This document shows positions 13,920 to 24,426 of a stretch of DNA of 64,000 nucleotides, one piece after another. The stretch comes from Nematostella vectensis. Lineage: Eukaryota. The notes under the pieces were generated by a model that saw nothing but the letters and a program-made list of their open reading frames with translations, was not told the DNA's origin and did no database searches. The DNA is taken from assembly GCF_932526225.1 (NCBI RefSeq), contig NC_064039.1:6193459-6257458 (forward strand), in the 5' to 3' direction. Within the stretch, counting starts at the first letter, position 1. Every line of letters starts with the position of its first letter. The translations under genes were made by a program, and so were the position numbers.

Positions 13920-14548
13920 TGGATTATATTATTATATTTACAAGTATTACACAAATGATGCTCACATAGCGAATGATTTAAATCATGAGAAATCGGCTAG
14001 ACAAATAAATCTATGAGTTACAGTAAATGGTAAGGCACTGCAGGCTATGTTAATGTTACACTAACACGGCACAGCTATGGCATGTGTATGCGATATCCAG
14101 AAGTATGCAGCCCTTGATAATAAAAAACATATTTTTTTATTATTTTTTATTTTTATATTTTCAATTCATTTTTATGAGATGTATATAATAACACTCAACA
14201 TGATTTTGAAATCTGTTTCATATAAAGATCATTAATCTGGGGTTCCATTTCGTTTAGTTTGCTTTGCATTTCAGAGACTCATTCTGTTTACCAGATACTG
14301 TACCGAACAAAAGTCTTAAACATAGGTATGCAGAACGTACAATAAGGTATTTGCTTTTGTTACAGTATGTATTGAGTGGTTGTTTAAAGAATACAATTTT
14401 CTTGTGGCTTGTGTTTGATTATAGACTTCAATTAATGTGCATTGGCCTACCTGACAATATTTCCAACAGATCTAAAGAAGGGGAGGGAATTGTAAGGTCC
14501 CAAAATAGAAAAAAGTAAAGGAAGAACAATGAAGCAATATTTAATGTC

Positions 14549-14805
14549 ACTAGAATGCAAGCACTAAACCCGTGCAACGTATTTAGCATGTAATAGTACG
14601 TTATATTGCTTTTCTGCTTACTGAATATAAACTACTCGATAAATTACGAAGTCGAGAGAAACAAACACAAAGGATTAATTTGTAAAACAAAAAAGCTGTT
14701 CAATAGGTGACTAATGAATCATTGTAGTAGTTTGTGCTATTTGATACAAAATAAAAACTATTTACTGTCCAAAATCGTTGCACGGGTTTAGTGCTTGCAT
14801 TCTAG
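14549..14805. repeat. Inverted repeat: 33-bp arms (cactagaatgcaagcactaaacccgtgcaacg / cgttgcacgggtttagtgcttgcattctagtg) around a ~190-bp spacer
   Basis: The arms are perfect or near-perfect reverse complements. The arrangement is hairpin- or MITE-like. Confidence 0.75.
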
Positions 14806-15132
14806 TGTCATAAGAAGAATGTTGCAAGCAATATTTCTAAATGGAAAACAACAAACAAACTATATAATAGACTGGTATATGATGGTGACGTACTGTAGAG
14901 TGTACATTAAAATTAAATGTGTCTACTTTTTGTTATCAAACTTAGAAGTATAAATCATTGTTGCATGTTAATTATCTATTAATCAAAAAAGGAATAATCT
15001 ACTTTGTGTCAAAACAAGCATTTCCTTTAATTGTAACTTTTCAACAACATTTAACATAACATTTTCTTGCTAGCATATACATGTATGCTTAATAGCTCTC
15101 TGAGTTCCCTTTTTGGAATTGAAGCTAGTGGG

Positions 15133-16983
15133 TTATATTGATCTAAAATGACCATTTGAAAAAGCCATGTCATACACATCAAAGAGATCTTTTACATTTG
15201 GCCAAGTACCACCTACAGAACCGATAGGTAAAATTAGACCATGAGAGCAGGTATGGGCACTTGGTAGGTAGTCGTATGGGTTGTTGTCAAGCTTATCTGA
15301 TATCTGTGAAGGAAAAGGGTGTTTATATCAGTAAAACAACAAAACATGCTCACAACATAATATTGAGTGTGTTTTTACCTCTGTGGAATGAAAGTTGATG
15401 TGTGGATGGTTTACAAAACCAAGCACTGGTTCTTCTGCTGCTCCTGTGACAAAGATAAGAATAGAAGCAAGAGAAATCGGTTCTCTCTGTCCATTGGAAA
15501 CTTGGCGAATGTATTTGACAAAGAGTGCGTATACTTGCTTCTGTTTCTGATAAGCTGATGAGCCCTCCTCAGAGAATGTAGGCTTGAGTAGCTGTATTAG
15601 CATCTTTGAAGACAGCTTGGCAGTGGATGGTCGCAGAAGGTGCAGTAGAGTAGGATAAATATTAATTATGGTGCACAGACCAAAAACTTTCAATCCTCTC
15701 TGGATATTAGCAATACACTTGTCGACTTGTGGGAATACCAGCAGCTGGTCAATTGCCTCATTTTGCATAAAAGCTGGCAGCTGTCCATTCCGTAGAAGGG
15801 CAATGCCGATCATAATGCCAACATAGTAGTGGTCATCAGAAAGGTATTGCCTGAGGCCTTGATCAAAGTATTTCTCCTTGATTGCACAGTTCATTAACCG
15901 AATCCACTCCTTCCTTGGACCACCAAGATCTTTGGCCATCTCTCCAATGAACTCAACTTCAAAAGTGAGGGTATGATCCTGGATTCCTGAGAGCTCTGAC
16001 CTGCTTGTAGACAACAAATTGTGTTCATCAACACAAATAAAGTTAGTTTCACTGTCAGCTTCTTCACAGTGAGACTCATTCTCTATGTTTAGTTTTCTGC
16101 CATGAACAAGATTTTTCTGCTAAGATTTTTCTGCTCAGTATTTCAACTGGATCACTGAGATTTTGACTGCGGATGCCTTCAATCAAGGCCCTCAAGGCTT
16201 CATCACAGTGTTCAGGTATGGCAGCTGCTTTTACCTTCTTCTCTTCAGTCAGGTCACTATCTTTTAAAGTTGTATCATTAGTAGTAGCAGTAGAAGATGA
16301 TGGTTGCGGATTATTGCTTCCTACAAACGCAGGCACTGAGAGATCTTCATCATCATCATCATCATCATCATCTACATCTACAATTGCTTTTTTGGAGACA
16401 GTCATTCATAAAGGAATTCATATCCTTGCTTGACTCTGACATATAGTGAACCTTGCCCGGCCATCTTTTTCACGACATGGAAATCATAAGAAATTCCTTC
16501 TCCCATTTCGAGCTTGGAGACGGTCCTTTTTACCTTGACAACCTCGAAGTCGTCTTTGCCAATTATTGGAAACTTATTGACAAGGGATGCCTGTATTGCA
16601 GCCCGTATGGCGCCTTCATCTTCATTCTCTCAAAGTAAAACAATACCACTAGCAAGTACTGAATCCCATGTCAAATTGTACGGCTCATCCTCGTTTTCTT
16701 CATCACGCAAGCAACTTAGCAATGCAAATTCTAAGGCCTTCTTCTTCGGTTCTCTTTGTTTCGAGGCTTGAGCCTGGGGGCGGACTGATCTAAGCCGTTC
16801 ACGGCTGTTCAGCCGGCGGTTTACACCTGCTGACGAACTTTGAGAAAGCATTTGTCTGGCTCTCGCCAGGGCATTTAAAGTAACGTCGGAAGAATTAGAA
16901 GAAGTACCGGCTGGAGAGGAGGTGAGAAGGTTTGAGACCTCTCCAAGCAGCTTGGCAATCCTCTCTTTTACTCCTTCGTCCAT
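15133..16983 (-). CDS. HECT-domain E3 ubiquitin-ligase-like protein with a UIM motif (G2E3-like?); exon structure only partly resolved
   Basis: Two introns are resolved by eye. The first is 15304-15378 (75 nt, GTAAAA...CACAG) and joins ...GFVNHPHINFHSTE to ISDKLDNNPYDYLPSAHTCSHGLILPIG... with a stop at 15133. The second is 16120-16234 (115 nt, AAG|GTAAAAG...TCTTAG|) and joins ...DSDLTEEKK to QKNLVHGRKLNIENESHCEEADSE... The HECT N-lobe reads LTFEVEFIGEMAKDLGGPRKEW...YYVGIMIGIALLRNGQLPAF. The C-lobe reads LIFVTGAAEEPVLGF and LPSAHTC, which holds the catalytic Cys. Upstream there is an acidic D8 tract and, at 16406-16629, a UIM-like DEGAIRAAIQAS. The 16633-16983 segment ends in an in-frame TGA, and the junctions around 16405 do not close. 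The upstream exons are therefore uncertain, and this may be a pseudogene. Confidence 0.55.
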
Positions 16984-17039
16984 GCTTTCTGAGAAAAATG
17001 GCCGCCGAACTGGCGGTACCTTCTAGAGATGTCGTACTC

Positions 17040-17905
17040 CAGTGACGAAAACCGCTGACCATACGCTGTGACCGCGCTCGCCCAAGGAAGATTGAATAAA
17101 AAAAAAATTGAATAAAATGATCAATCAATCAATCAAGTTTATTTCACCAAATAATAGTATAATGATAATAATGCAAAAAAAAAAGTGATGATGAGGAGTC
17201 CACTAAAAGCACAATGCTTATGAGGTGTAGACCCCTGTCGCAGACTAAGTAGCGTCTCTACTAAAATATATATGAATGTTCTTGATTTGACTAAGGAATC
17301 CTTATTATTAAATTTACACGTGGCTGATTTGATGAAATAAAGTAGAATCATATCTATAAATCAATAGCTGCTTTTTGAGAGAGGATATTGTCCTTTACAA
17401 TCTTTTTGAACATATTTACTTATCTGCATTGTTTTGCTTGACAAGTGAGGTTGCTCCAGATTTTTGGACCCCTGTACGAAATTGAAAATTGGCCCCGTCT
17501 TGTTTTTCTAAGAGTTGTGCGATAGTCGCATGAATTTCTCATGTTATAGCTGTGGATTGTATTATTTCTTTTAAAAAAGTTATCAAAAGTCCCCGGTAAT
17601 TGATTATTGTCGAATTTATACATGAATAATGCAGTTTCAAGGGTGTTAATGTCATAGACCGTAAGAAGCCTTTCTTGCTAAGGATTTAATAAAAAAACCC
17701 GGAATTATTCGACCCCAAAAAAATATAGTAATACATTTCTACCGCTTTGACCTGAAAAGATTGAATGGAAAAGTAAAAGAGATTGAATATAATGAAAAGA
17801 TTGAATCCAAAAATAAAGATTGAACAAAATATTTAGTCAATGTAACCTAAAAAGAAATGATTGAATATTGCTACAACGGGCAGGCATACTGGAACCATAA
17901 AATGG
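17040..17905. repeat. Right inverted-repeat arm (17040-17110 and 17690-17905), interrupted by a 580-bp insertion (17111-17689)
   Basis: The two pieces are the reverse complement of 12445-12720. The insertion carries a short minus-strand ORF (17420-17623), ...HSYNMRNSCDYRTTLRKTRRGQFSISYRGPKIWSNL, which resembles the C-terminal tail motifs of non-LTR elements. Confidence 0.7.
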
Positions 17906-18064
17906 TTTGAGTGTATCTGGGAAAGAAATCAAACACGTGTAAACGTGACAGCTACTTCATTTCTAACCACATCAAGGCGAAAAGGAGACATTAGATTCTC
18001 AAGATATTACGATTCAAACTAATTGATGTTCTTAAATTTAAGTGTACATTAAAAAAAACCTTTA

Positions 18065-18150
18065 CACCAAAAACTGGAATTCGACTCTGCCCTGAAGATG
18101 TCTAATTTGGCAAAGTCGAATTCCAGTTTTTGGTGTATTGTATTCATTCT
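18065..18150. repeat. Hairpin inverted repeat: 23-bp perfect arms (acaccaaaaactggaattcgact / agtcgaattccagtttttggtgt) with a ~35-bp spacer
   Basis: The arms are perfect reverse complements. It could be a small foldback or MITE remnant. Confidence 0.7.
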
Positions 18151-18904
18151 TCTGGTCCACGAACAATAGGGCATTATAAAGATAATAACACAATCCCTAC
18201 TAAGCTTGAGCCTAAACTCTTCTCCATATGGTACCAACCACAGGTCCCCTGGGTACTGTAATGTTGCAAGCGATGACCTTTGGTTCCGGCAAGTTGGCAC
18301 GAACTTGGACTTTGACAGTTGAAAAATTTTTTTTAGCGCGCCACTGGGGGTAGTCAAGGGGGTCGAGTAACGCATTTACCAGGTGGCGGCGGCGGTTCAC
18401 AGCGATTCGTTTGAACGGTCGCAAGCGCGTAGGGACAGAGCTCGCTGTAGGAGCGAAACCAAGGCAAATACATCCAGTTGAAGTAGGGATACGTGCTTTA
18501 TTCAACACTAACGAGACATAAGACTTCATTTCGGAATTATCCTATAGCCCGTGCAATAATCTTTTCCGTGTAAGGGGAAACTGGTTTCTCAATCGATATG
18601 GCGCGATATTGTGCGATAGTTCCTAAAATGTGGGTAATGATGGAAATGAGATATGAGCGGCGCGATTTACCTTCCTTCCAAACGACTCTGCAAAGTCCAG
18701 ACACGTTCTTCCATTCTAGAGGGAACAAATGATCAGACAGTATATAGTTCAGGGGAGAGTATAATGTTCACATTTCATAAGGTCCCTGCGATCTATCAAG
18801 CAGTCCTTGCTAAAGTGCTAAAAATAAGTTCGGTAGGAAACAGGGGAAGCTACCCTATCTGGGGGCGGTTCTCGTGTACCGACCTTGTCGCAAAATAACC
18901 TTGA

Positions 18905-18990
18905 TGCCATCCTCGGGGACCCAGGGCATCGCGGAGATCGGACACACAGGGAGCCCGCGACGCCCTGGGTCCCCGAGGATGCCTTGATGC
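18905..18990. mobile_element. Small palindromic MITE-like element sharing its TIR core (cctcggggacccagggc) with the element at 24063-24290
   Basis: The arms are catcctcggggacccagggcatcgcggag and its reverse complement cgcgacgccctgggtccccgaggatgcc. It sits in the intron directly 3' of ankyrin exon 18995-19125. Confidence 0.55.
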
Positions 18991-18994
18991 TAAC

Positions 18995-21900
18995 CTCATT
19001 AGTAAGTGTTTGATCCGCGCCGTGTTGAATGAGCAACTGGCAAAGCCTCAGATTCCCATTCAGCGCTGCAGCCTGTAACAAAGTAGCAAGATATATAGTT
19101 GATGAGAAGCCCCCTGGGTGCGGATCTAGAGAACGAACGTGATTAGTGTACAACCTCCAGCCTGCCGAACCGGTAGCCTTACACTAGCTTTCCCCTCGTA
19201 TTCACATTTGTACAGCACCACGCAAGAGATTTTCGTCACTTATAATATTACAAATGTGTGCATTTTTTGTCCGTTACCATCAAGGCTGTACGGCCCGTCT
19301 TGTCGCGTTTGTTCACATCAGCACCGTAATCGAGGAGCGTTCTCGCGGTGTGTTCAGAGCCATCCACTGTAGCTATAACAGAAGTATCACAGAGCAATAG
19401 TAAATTGATTGACAGTTCATTAGTGCAAAGGGCATGGCGTGGTTGAGCGCAGGGTAAAGTGCATAGATTGGGGCTTGTGCTGGTGTTTTCTATGTACAGC
19501 TTGAACAGTGCAGTTAGAAGGTCTAGTATAGCGCTTGACTGATAGAGCAGCTGTGTGCAGTGCAGAAAGCAGGTCTAGTATAGCGCTTGACTGATAGAGC
19601 AGCTGTGTGCAGTGCAGTTAGCAGGTATAGTATAGCGCTTGACTAATAGAACAGCTGTGTATAGCTGATACATTCAAGTAGCCCGCGCCATGTCCCAAGT
19701 AAACTTTTAGCTGCGAAAGAAAAAAAAAAACAATCAAAACGTATAAAACACGGGTGCGCGTCCTAGTTTCTGTTAGCCCGTGATCCGTTGCCGATGATAC
19801 CTAGCGACGCCTGGAAATAGAGCGTACGCGACAAGTTACAATTGGAAAAGACAACTTGTTGTGTTCCCAAACTGCTTTGCTTGTGTAGTGCAGTGTGCTA
19901 GTACACATCGAGTGCTTGTGAAGTGCAGTGTGCTAGTACATATCGAGTGTAGGTGTTCCTGGGTGCATGGCTTGCAGTAAACACACGGCTAAGCGCATCA
20001 TAGGCTTGAACAAATAGTCCAATATAAATCAGCTCATCCCTTACCCAAGCGTACAAGAGGAGACCATCCTGAATCGTCAGCCTCGTCAACCTTAGCAATA
20101 AAACTGCCAATTCAGCAATATGAATCGCTTTTTTTAAAGTTGCCAGTTCCCCTGGGGTAAAACTCCAAACCCTCAATCTATTCCACTCCCAGAAAACCAA
20201 TCATTATACAACAACACTAGTAAAATGAGAACTGTGATTGGTACTTCATTGCGCGCTCTATTAACTAAAACACATTTGTTGGTTGTTGTGCAAAACAAAT
20301 AGATCTTACTTAATGTGCATCTGTCATGTATTTTTGGTTCATGACACATTGTGTCAGTATACGTGAACAGATGTACGCAAAAAATGATAAGCGGGGGGGG
20401 GGGGGGGGGGGATATCATCCCATTAAAAAGGCAGGAGGGCTTTTTGCTCTGATACATTTTATTCCGAAAGTGAGTCACCAGCCCAGCACTCTGCCCCCCC
20501 CCCCCCCCAACTCCCTCAACCCTTGATTAATTACTGGAGACTTTTTGCATCAAACTGAAAAAAAGTCAAACCCTCTCCCTCTTTACCGATCACCTTCACT
20601 CCACAGTTTAGCAACCATCGAATACAGTCATCTCTGTCTCCATCCACAGCCCAGTGTAATGCGTTAGATCCACCATTATCCTTGTAGGTCAGGATGACCC
20701 CGTGCTCATGCAGAATTGTTGCTACTTTTAAGTGGCCACCAAAACATGCCAGCATCAAACTGTAGAGACAGCGTCAGAAAGTACTTGGGTGATGAAATTT
20801 TGCTTTGGAGGACTATTAGTGACTAAGGGTGTGACAGTTATCCAATGGAAAGTTTTTGAAATTGTATTATTGGCGCTGTCTCACCACAGCCTTGGCATAT
20901 GAGGTTCCAGGCTCATAAACCCAAATAAAGCACCAAATACTGCTAGGCCATTAGCCCTTCTTACCTTGTTTTTCCACTGCCACTGACATAGTTCACATCA
21001 GCACCACGCTCAATCAGAATCTCAACAATACTACCAAGGAAATATATAACATAAGTAATACCTAGCCAGGGGATGCTGAAGGGTTGTGCGCCCCATTGAC
21101 TGCCAAAAAGCAGATTTTTCTGTAAAAATCTTTGCTATACACCTGAACACCTAGCCAAAGAGTCTTTTAGACTATTTGGAAATTAAGATGCTAGGGAGTT
21201 ATAATAAATGTAATTTTGAAAATTAAAAAAAACATTTTTATGTGACTTTTCTGTCATCTTTCCAATAATTTTCTAGTTCTATACTAGGAGGTCTTACCTC
21301 GTGTATCCTTTTTGTGATGCAATCATCAGAGGCGACATACCATAAACATCAGGCACATTCACCAAACTATCATCACTGGAAAAAGAGCGAGGGGGAAATG
21401 AAATACAGGGGCAGCCAGGAATCAGTGACAGGCAATCACAAGCATAGATTTCAAATGTGCATAGATTTCACATGCAAAAAGTTTTTGAAGCAAAAACGTT
21501 TTCAAGTTTCATTATAATCATGCGCGCACCAATGAATAGCGTCATTCTAAATGAGCATGCGCATATATTGTATATTATTTTTTGCTGCAAAAATATGCAA
21601 ATTAAAATCGAAATCTTGCAAACGGAACAAGTCGTCCTCTCCATGCGCCTGATTTTTTATAATTGATTTTCAAGGAAAAAAACCCACCTGCACGCTCCTA
21701 TCAGGGGAAATCAAAAAGGTTGACTTGGGGCAAGTCTACTCTGTGGTTGAGGGGGAGGAATATGGGCCCCCTGGACACACCCCTAGCTGCGTGCATGAAA
21801 TACAATAGTCATCATATGAGCTGTCCTTAAAGGCCTAACAAGACTTTGACTATTGACTGCCAGGGCACAAAAAAAATCGTCAAACACTAGACCTCTCATT

Positions 21901-22815
21901 ACTTAAGCCCAGCATATTCTCAAGCCATTTAATAAAGACATGTTATGTTCTACAATGGTTTCTAGGTAGGATACCTTTCATCTAAGATATGCTTGACTTT
22001 TTCTACTTCCCAGTTAACAATAGCCTTGTGGATGTCTTGTCCTGTCAAGGGGACCTCTGCAGCAGGGCATGGTGGTGGAAAATACTCATGTCAGAATATA
22101 AATGATAATTGTAGAAATAAGGGGGTGTTGGCACATCATAATTAAAATATCCCTCAATTTATGACCAATATCATTACAATATTAAAACTATTTAGATGCC
22201 ATTTATAATTTTAACTTACATAATTATTCAACATTTAAACTTTCAAATCATTGTATCATTTTACAAATATTTTGTGTTATCGATTGGATTAGAAGCACTT
22301 GTGAATTCTGTTAAAAATCATCGGAGATTGTAATGTAATTGACCAGAAGTAAACTGGTGACAGTGTGGTTTTAATATAAGATGAAGATAATGATAATGAT
22401 GAACTTACTTGTGGTTGAGACAGAAATGGAAGCACTCCATGCGCTGCACCCATGATTATTACTGACTCTGATGCGGTAGTGATATGTTGTATTTGGCTCT
22501 AGTCCTCTGAATACATGGTTAATGGCAAAACCACTGGATAATGCAATAGAGTAAGCTTTAAACAAATGAAGCAACATTGTTGGTATAAATGCGGCTAACT
22601 CCGAATAGAAAATGAATAGAAGTTTAACAAGGGGAATAGTACTCACTTATAAACAGTGCCATACTCCCTATCTTTCCCCTCCTCCTCTTCCTGAACACAG
22701 TATTTCCGCCTACCATCACCTTTAGCATCACCCTCTGGCCCCGCCCCACCCCAGCTCAGTTCAATGGAGCAGTGAGTTACTTTGTCGACACAGGGAGGGT
22801 CAGGTCTCTCTGGCT
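18995..22815 (-). CDS. Ankyrin-repeat plus fibronectin-III domain protein, partial (6 exons resolved: 22647-22815, 22409-22533, 21975-22056, 20965-21030, 20587-20759, 18995-19125)
   Basis: The spliced read is ...PERPDPPCVDKVTHCSIELSWGGAGPEGDAKGDGRRKYCVQEEEEGKDREYGTVY-N-GFAINHVFRGLEPNTTYHYRIRVSNNHGCSAWSASISVSTT (FN3 fold: P-x-P, LSW, GL-P-T-Y-Y-R-V). It continues K-VPLTGQDIHKAIVNWEVEKVKHILDE-S-IVEILIERGADVNYVSGSGKT-S-LMLACFGGHLKVATILHEHGVILTYKDNGGSNALHWAVDGDRDDCIRWLLNCGVKVI-D-PHPGGFSSTIYLATLLQAAALNGNLRLCQLLIQHGADQTLTNE (ankyrin repeats). All junctions are GT...AG and the phases 1,1,2,2,1 close across all five introns. Exons beyond both ends of the span were not resolved. Confidence 0.6.
19508..19680. 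repeat. Tandem repeat, ~57-bp unit x3 (..gtctagtatagcgcttgactgatagagcagctgtgtgcagtgcag..)
   Basis: The tandem copies are directly visible. Confidence 0.8.
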
Positions 22816-24062
22816 CTGTGAAAGAAGAACCAGAACATATGAATGGGGACAAAATGAGAAAAAAGTAATAAATATATGATTTATACATTTTAATTAGGCT
22901 GTCGTTGATTGCACTGTAGCTGCTTGAAAGCATTTTTTAAATTAATATTCAGGTTTTAAAGTGGAAGTTGTTTACAATACAAGTCAATATGACATATATA
23001 AGTTAATAAGGAGAGAGAACGGGAGAAAAACTTCAATTTCATATTACTTACCAGCCATATCTTTATTAGGGAACACTATCTGGCTTATCCCTTTATCCAA
23101 ATTTTTCATTGTGATGTTTACATCAGAGTAGTATCACATATTGAACTGAAATCAAATAATGTAATATAAGTAAGTAACTTCAGTAAGTAAACAAACAACT
23201 CGAACCGGGGAATTGGTTAAAAATTAGGAAGTAAAAACAACAACAAAGGGGGTGTGTCTGACTCCAAAAAGTAAACTAAAAATGGGCTATTAACTATACG
23301 CGAACACGTTTTATAGTAAACAGTTAATTATCATATACCAGAGGCTTGCAAAGGAAATAAAAAACAGGAATTTGCTGTGTTCCTTCATCGTAAACTTGCG
23401 TCCATCAAGTTTGTTTGCATTTCCCGCTTCGTCAACCTTCTTCGCCAGTCTTCCTCGGTCACCTCCTGTGCATAGAGGGGTAGGGGATATTGAGTGAGTT
23501 GTCTATTTCCAAAATATCAAAAGAGTATAATCATTGATATCTATTAATGATATATTAAAGTAGTATATCGAGTCATCTTGTTTCTTTATGAAAGTGAGAA
23601 AACAAATTTTAATAACAAATATTCCTGTAACCGGGTTACCTGTATAATTAGTTACTTGTTCAAGCACAGGGAGCCCACTCAACTTAGCGCTTTGTTTTTT
23701 AAGCATGTGATTTGAACTTGGTTTGTGAATATCAATTAGGAAACGAAGTCTCCAATAAAACTCCTTCCAAATACATATTACCAGGGGCGGCGGAAGGGGA
23801 GGGGCAGGGGGGGAGCGCCAACCCCCTCTGGAAAGTGTTTCACTTTATTGAGCGGATGTTCCTTTAGATATATATGAACGTGTTTTTACGGGTTTCAAGC
23901 GTCATATATGCAACCGACAACAAATTTGTTAAACAAGTTTAAAATCCCCACGTTCTTATAAATAGTTTGGTTCCACCACCCACCCCTCCCCCCTGAAACC
24001 ACTACCAGTTTTGCTTTGCCCCTCCCCCCCCCTCCCCCACGGGACCACTCCGCCGCCCTTGC

Positions 24063-24290
24063 ACCCTCGGGGACCCAGGGCGTACTGAGCGGAAACGAGC
24101 GCTGAGCGTAACGAGCGCGAGCCGGAAGCGGACGAGCGCGCCGCGGGGGAGGAAGCAGCAAAGGAAAGAAGAAGAAAACGTCTTTTCCCCTCTCTTCTTT
24201 CTCCCTCTTTCTCCCCCCGCGGCGCTCGTCTGGCGTTACGCTTGTTTACTCTCAGTACGCCCTGGGTCCCCGAGGATGCCGCCCCTGCTT
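24063..24290. mobile_element. MITE (~230 bp) with ~27-bp TIRs (cctcggggacccagggcgtactgagcg ... actctcagtacgccctgggtccccgagg), located ~140 bp upstream of the APIP start codon
   Basis: The TIRs are clear reverse complements. The interior is GC-rich and low-complexity. It shares its TIR core with the element at 18905-18990. Confidence 0.6.
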
Positions 24291-24426
24291 ACTCTTTATT
24301 TATTGAAGACTTTGTGACCTAATTTATATTCACAAACGTAATCTCGTCCCCAGAGTCCTTCTTATCTCCGCGCATGCGTCGCCAAACGAAGTCCAAAGCA
24401 CATGAGTGGGCTCCCTGTAGTTCAAG

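Larger units (their letters stand above)
12428..17905. mobile_element. Composite element (~5.4 kb) bounded by long inverted repeats, carrying an rve-type integrase (plus strand) and a HECT/UIM gene (minus strand)
   Basis: The left arm 12445-12720 is the reverse complement of 17690-17890 plus 17041-17110, at more than 90% identity over about 280 bp. The arms contain multiple ttcaatc(t)tt subterminal repeats. The right arm is split by a 580-bp insertion. See findings. Confidence 0.55.

Noticed and set aside
16630-16632. TGA as a selenocysteine codon in the HECT gene
   Set aside because: There is no SECIS-like element or family precedent that I can point to. Pseudogenisation or unresolved splicing are simpler explanations.
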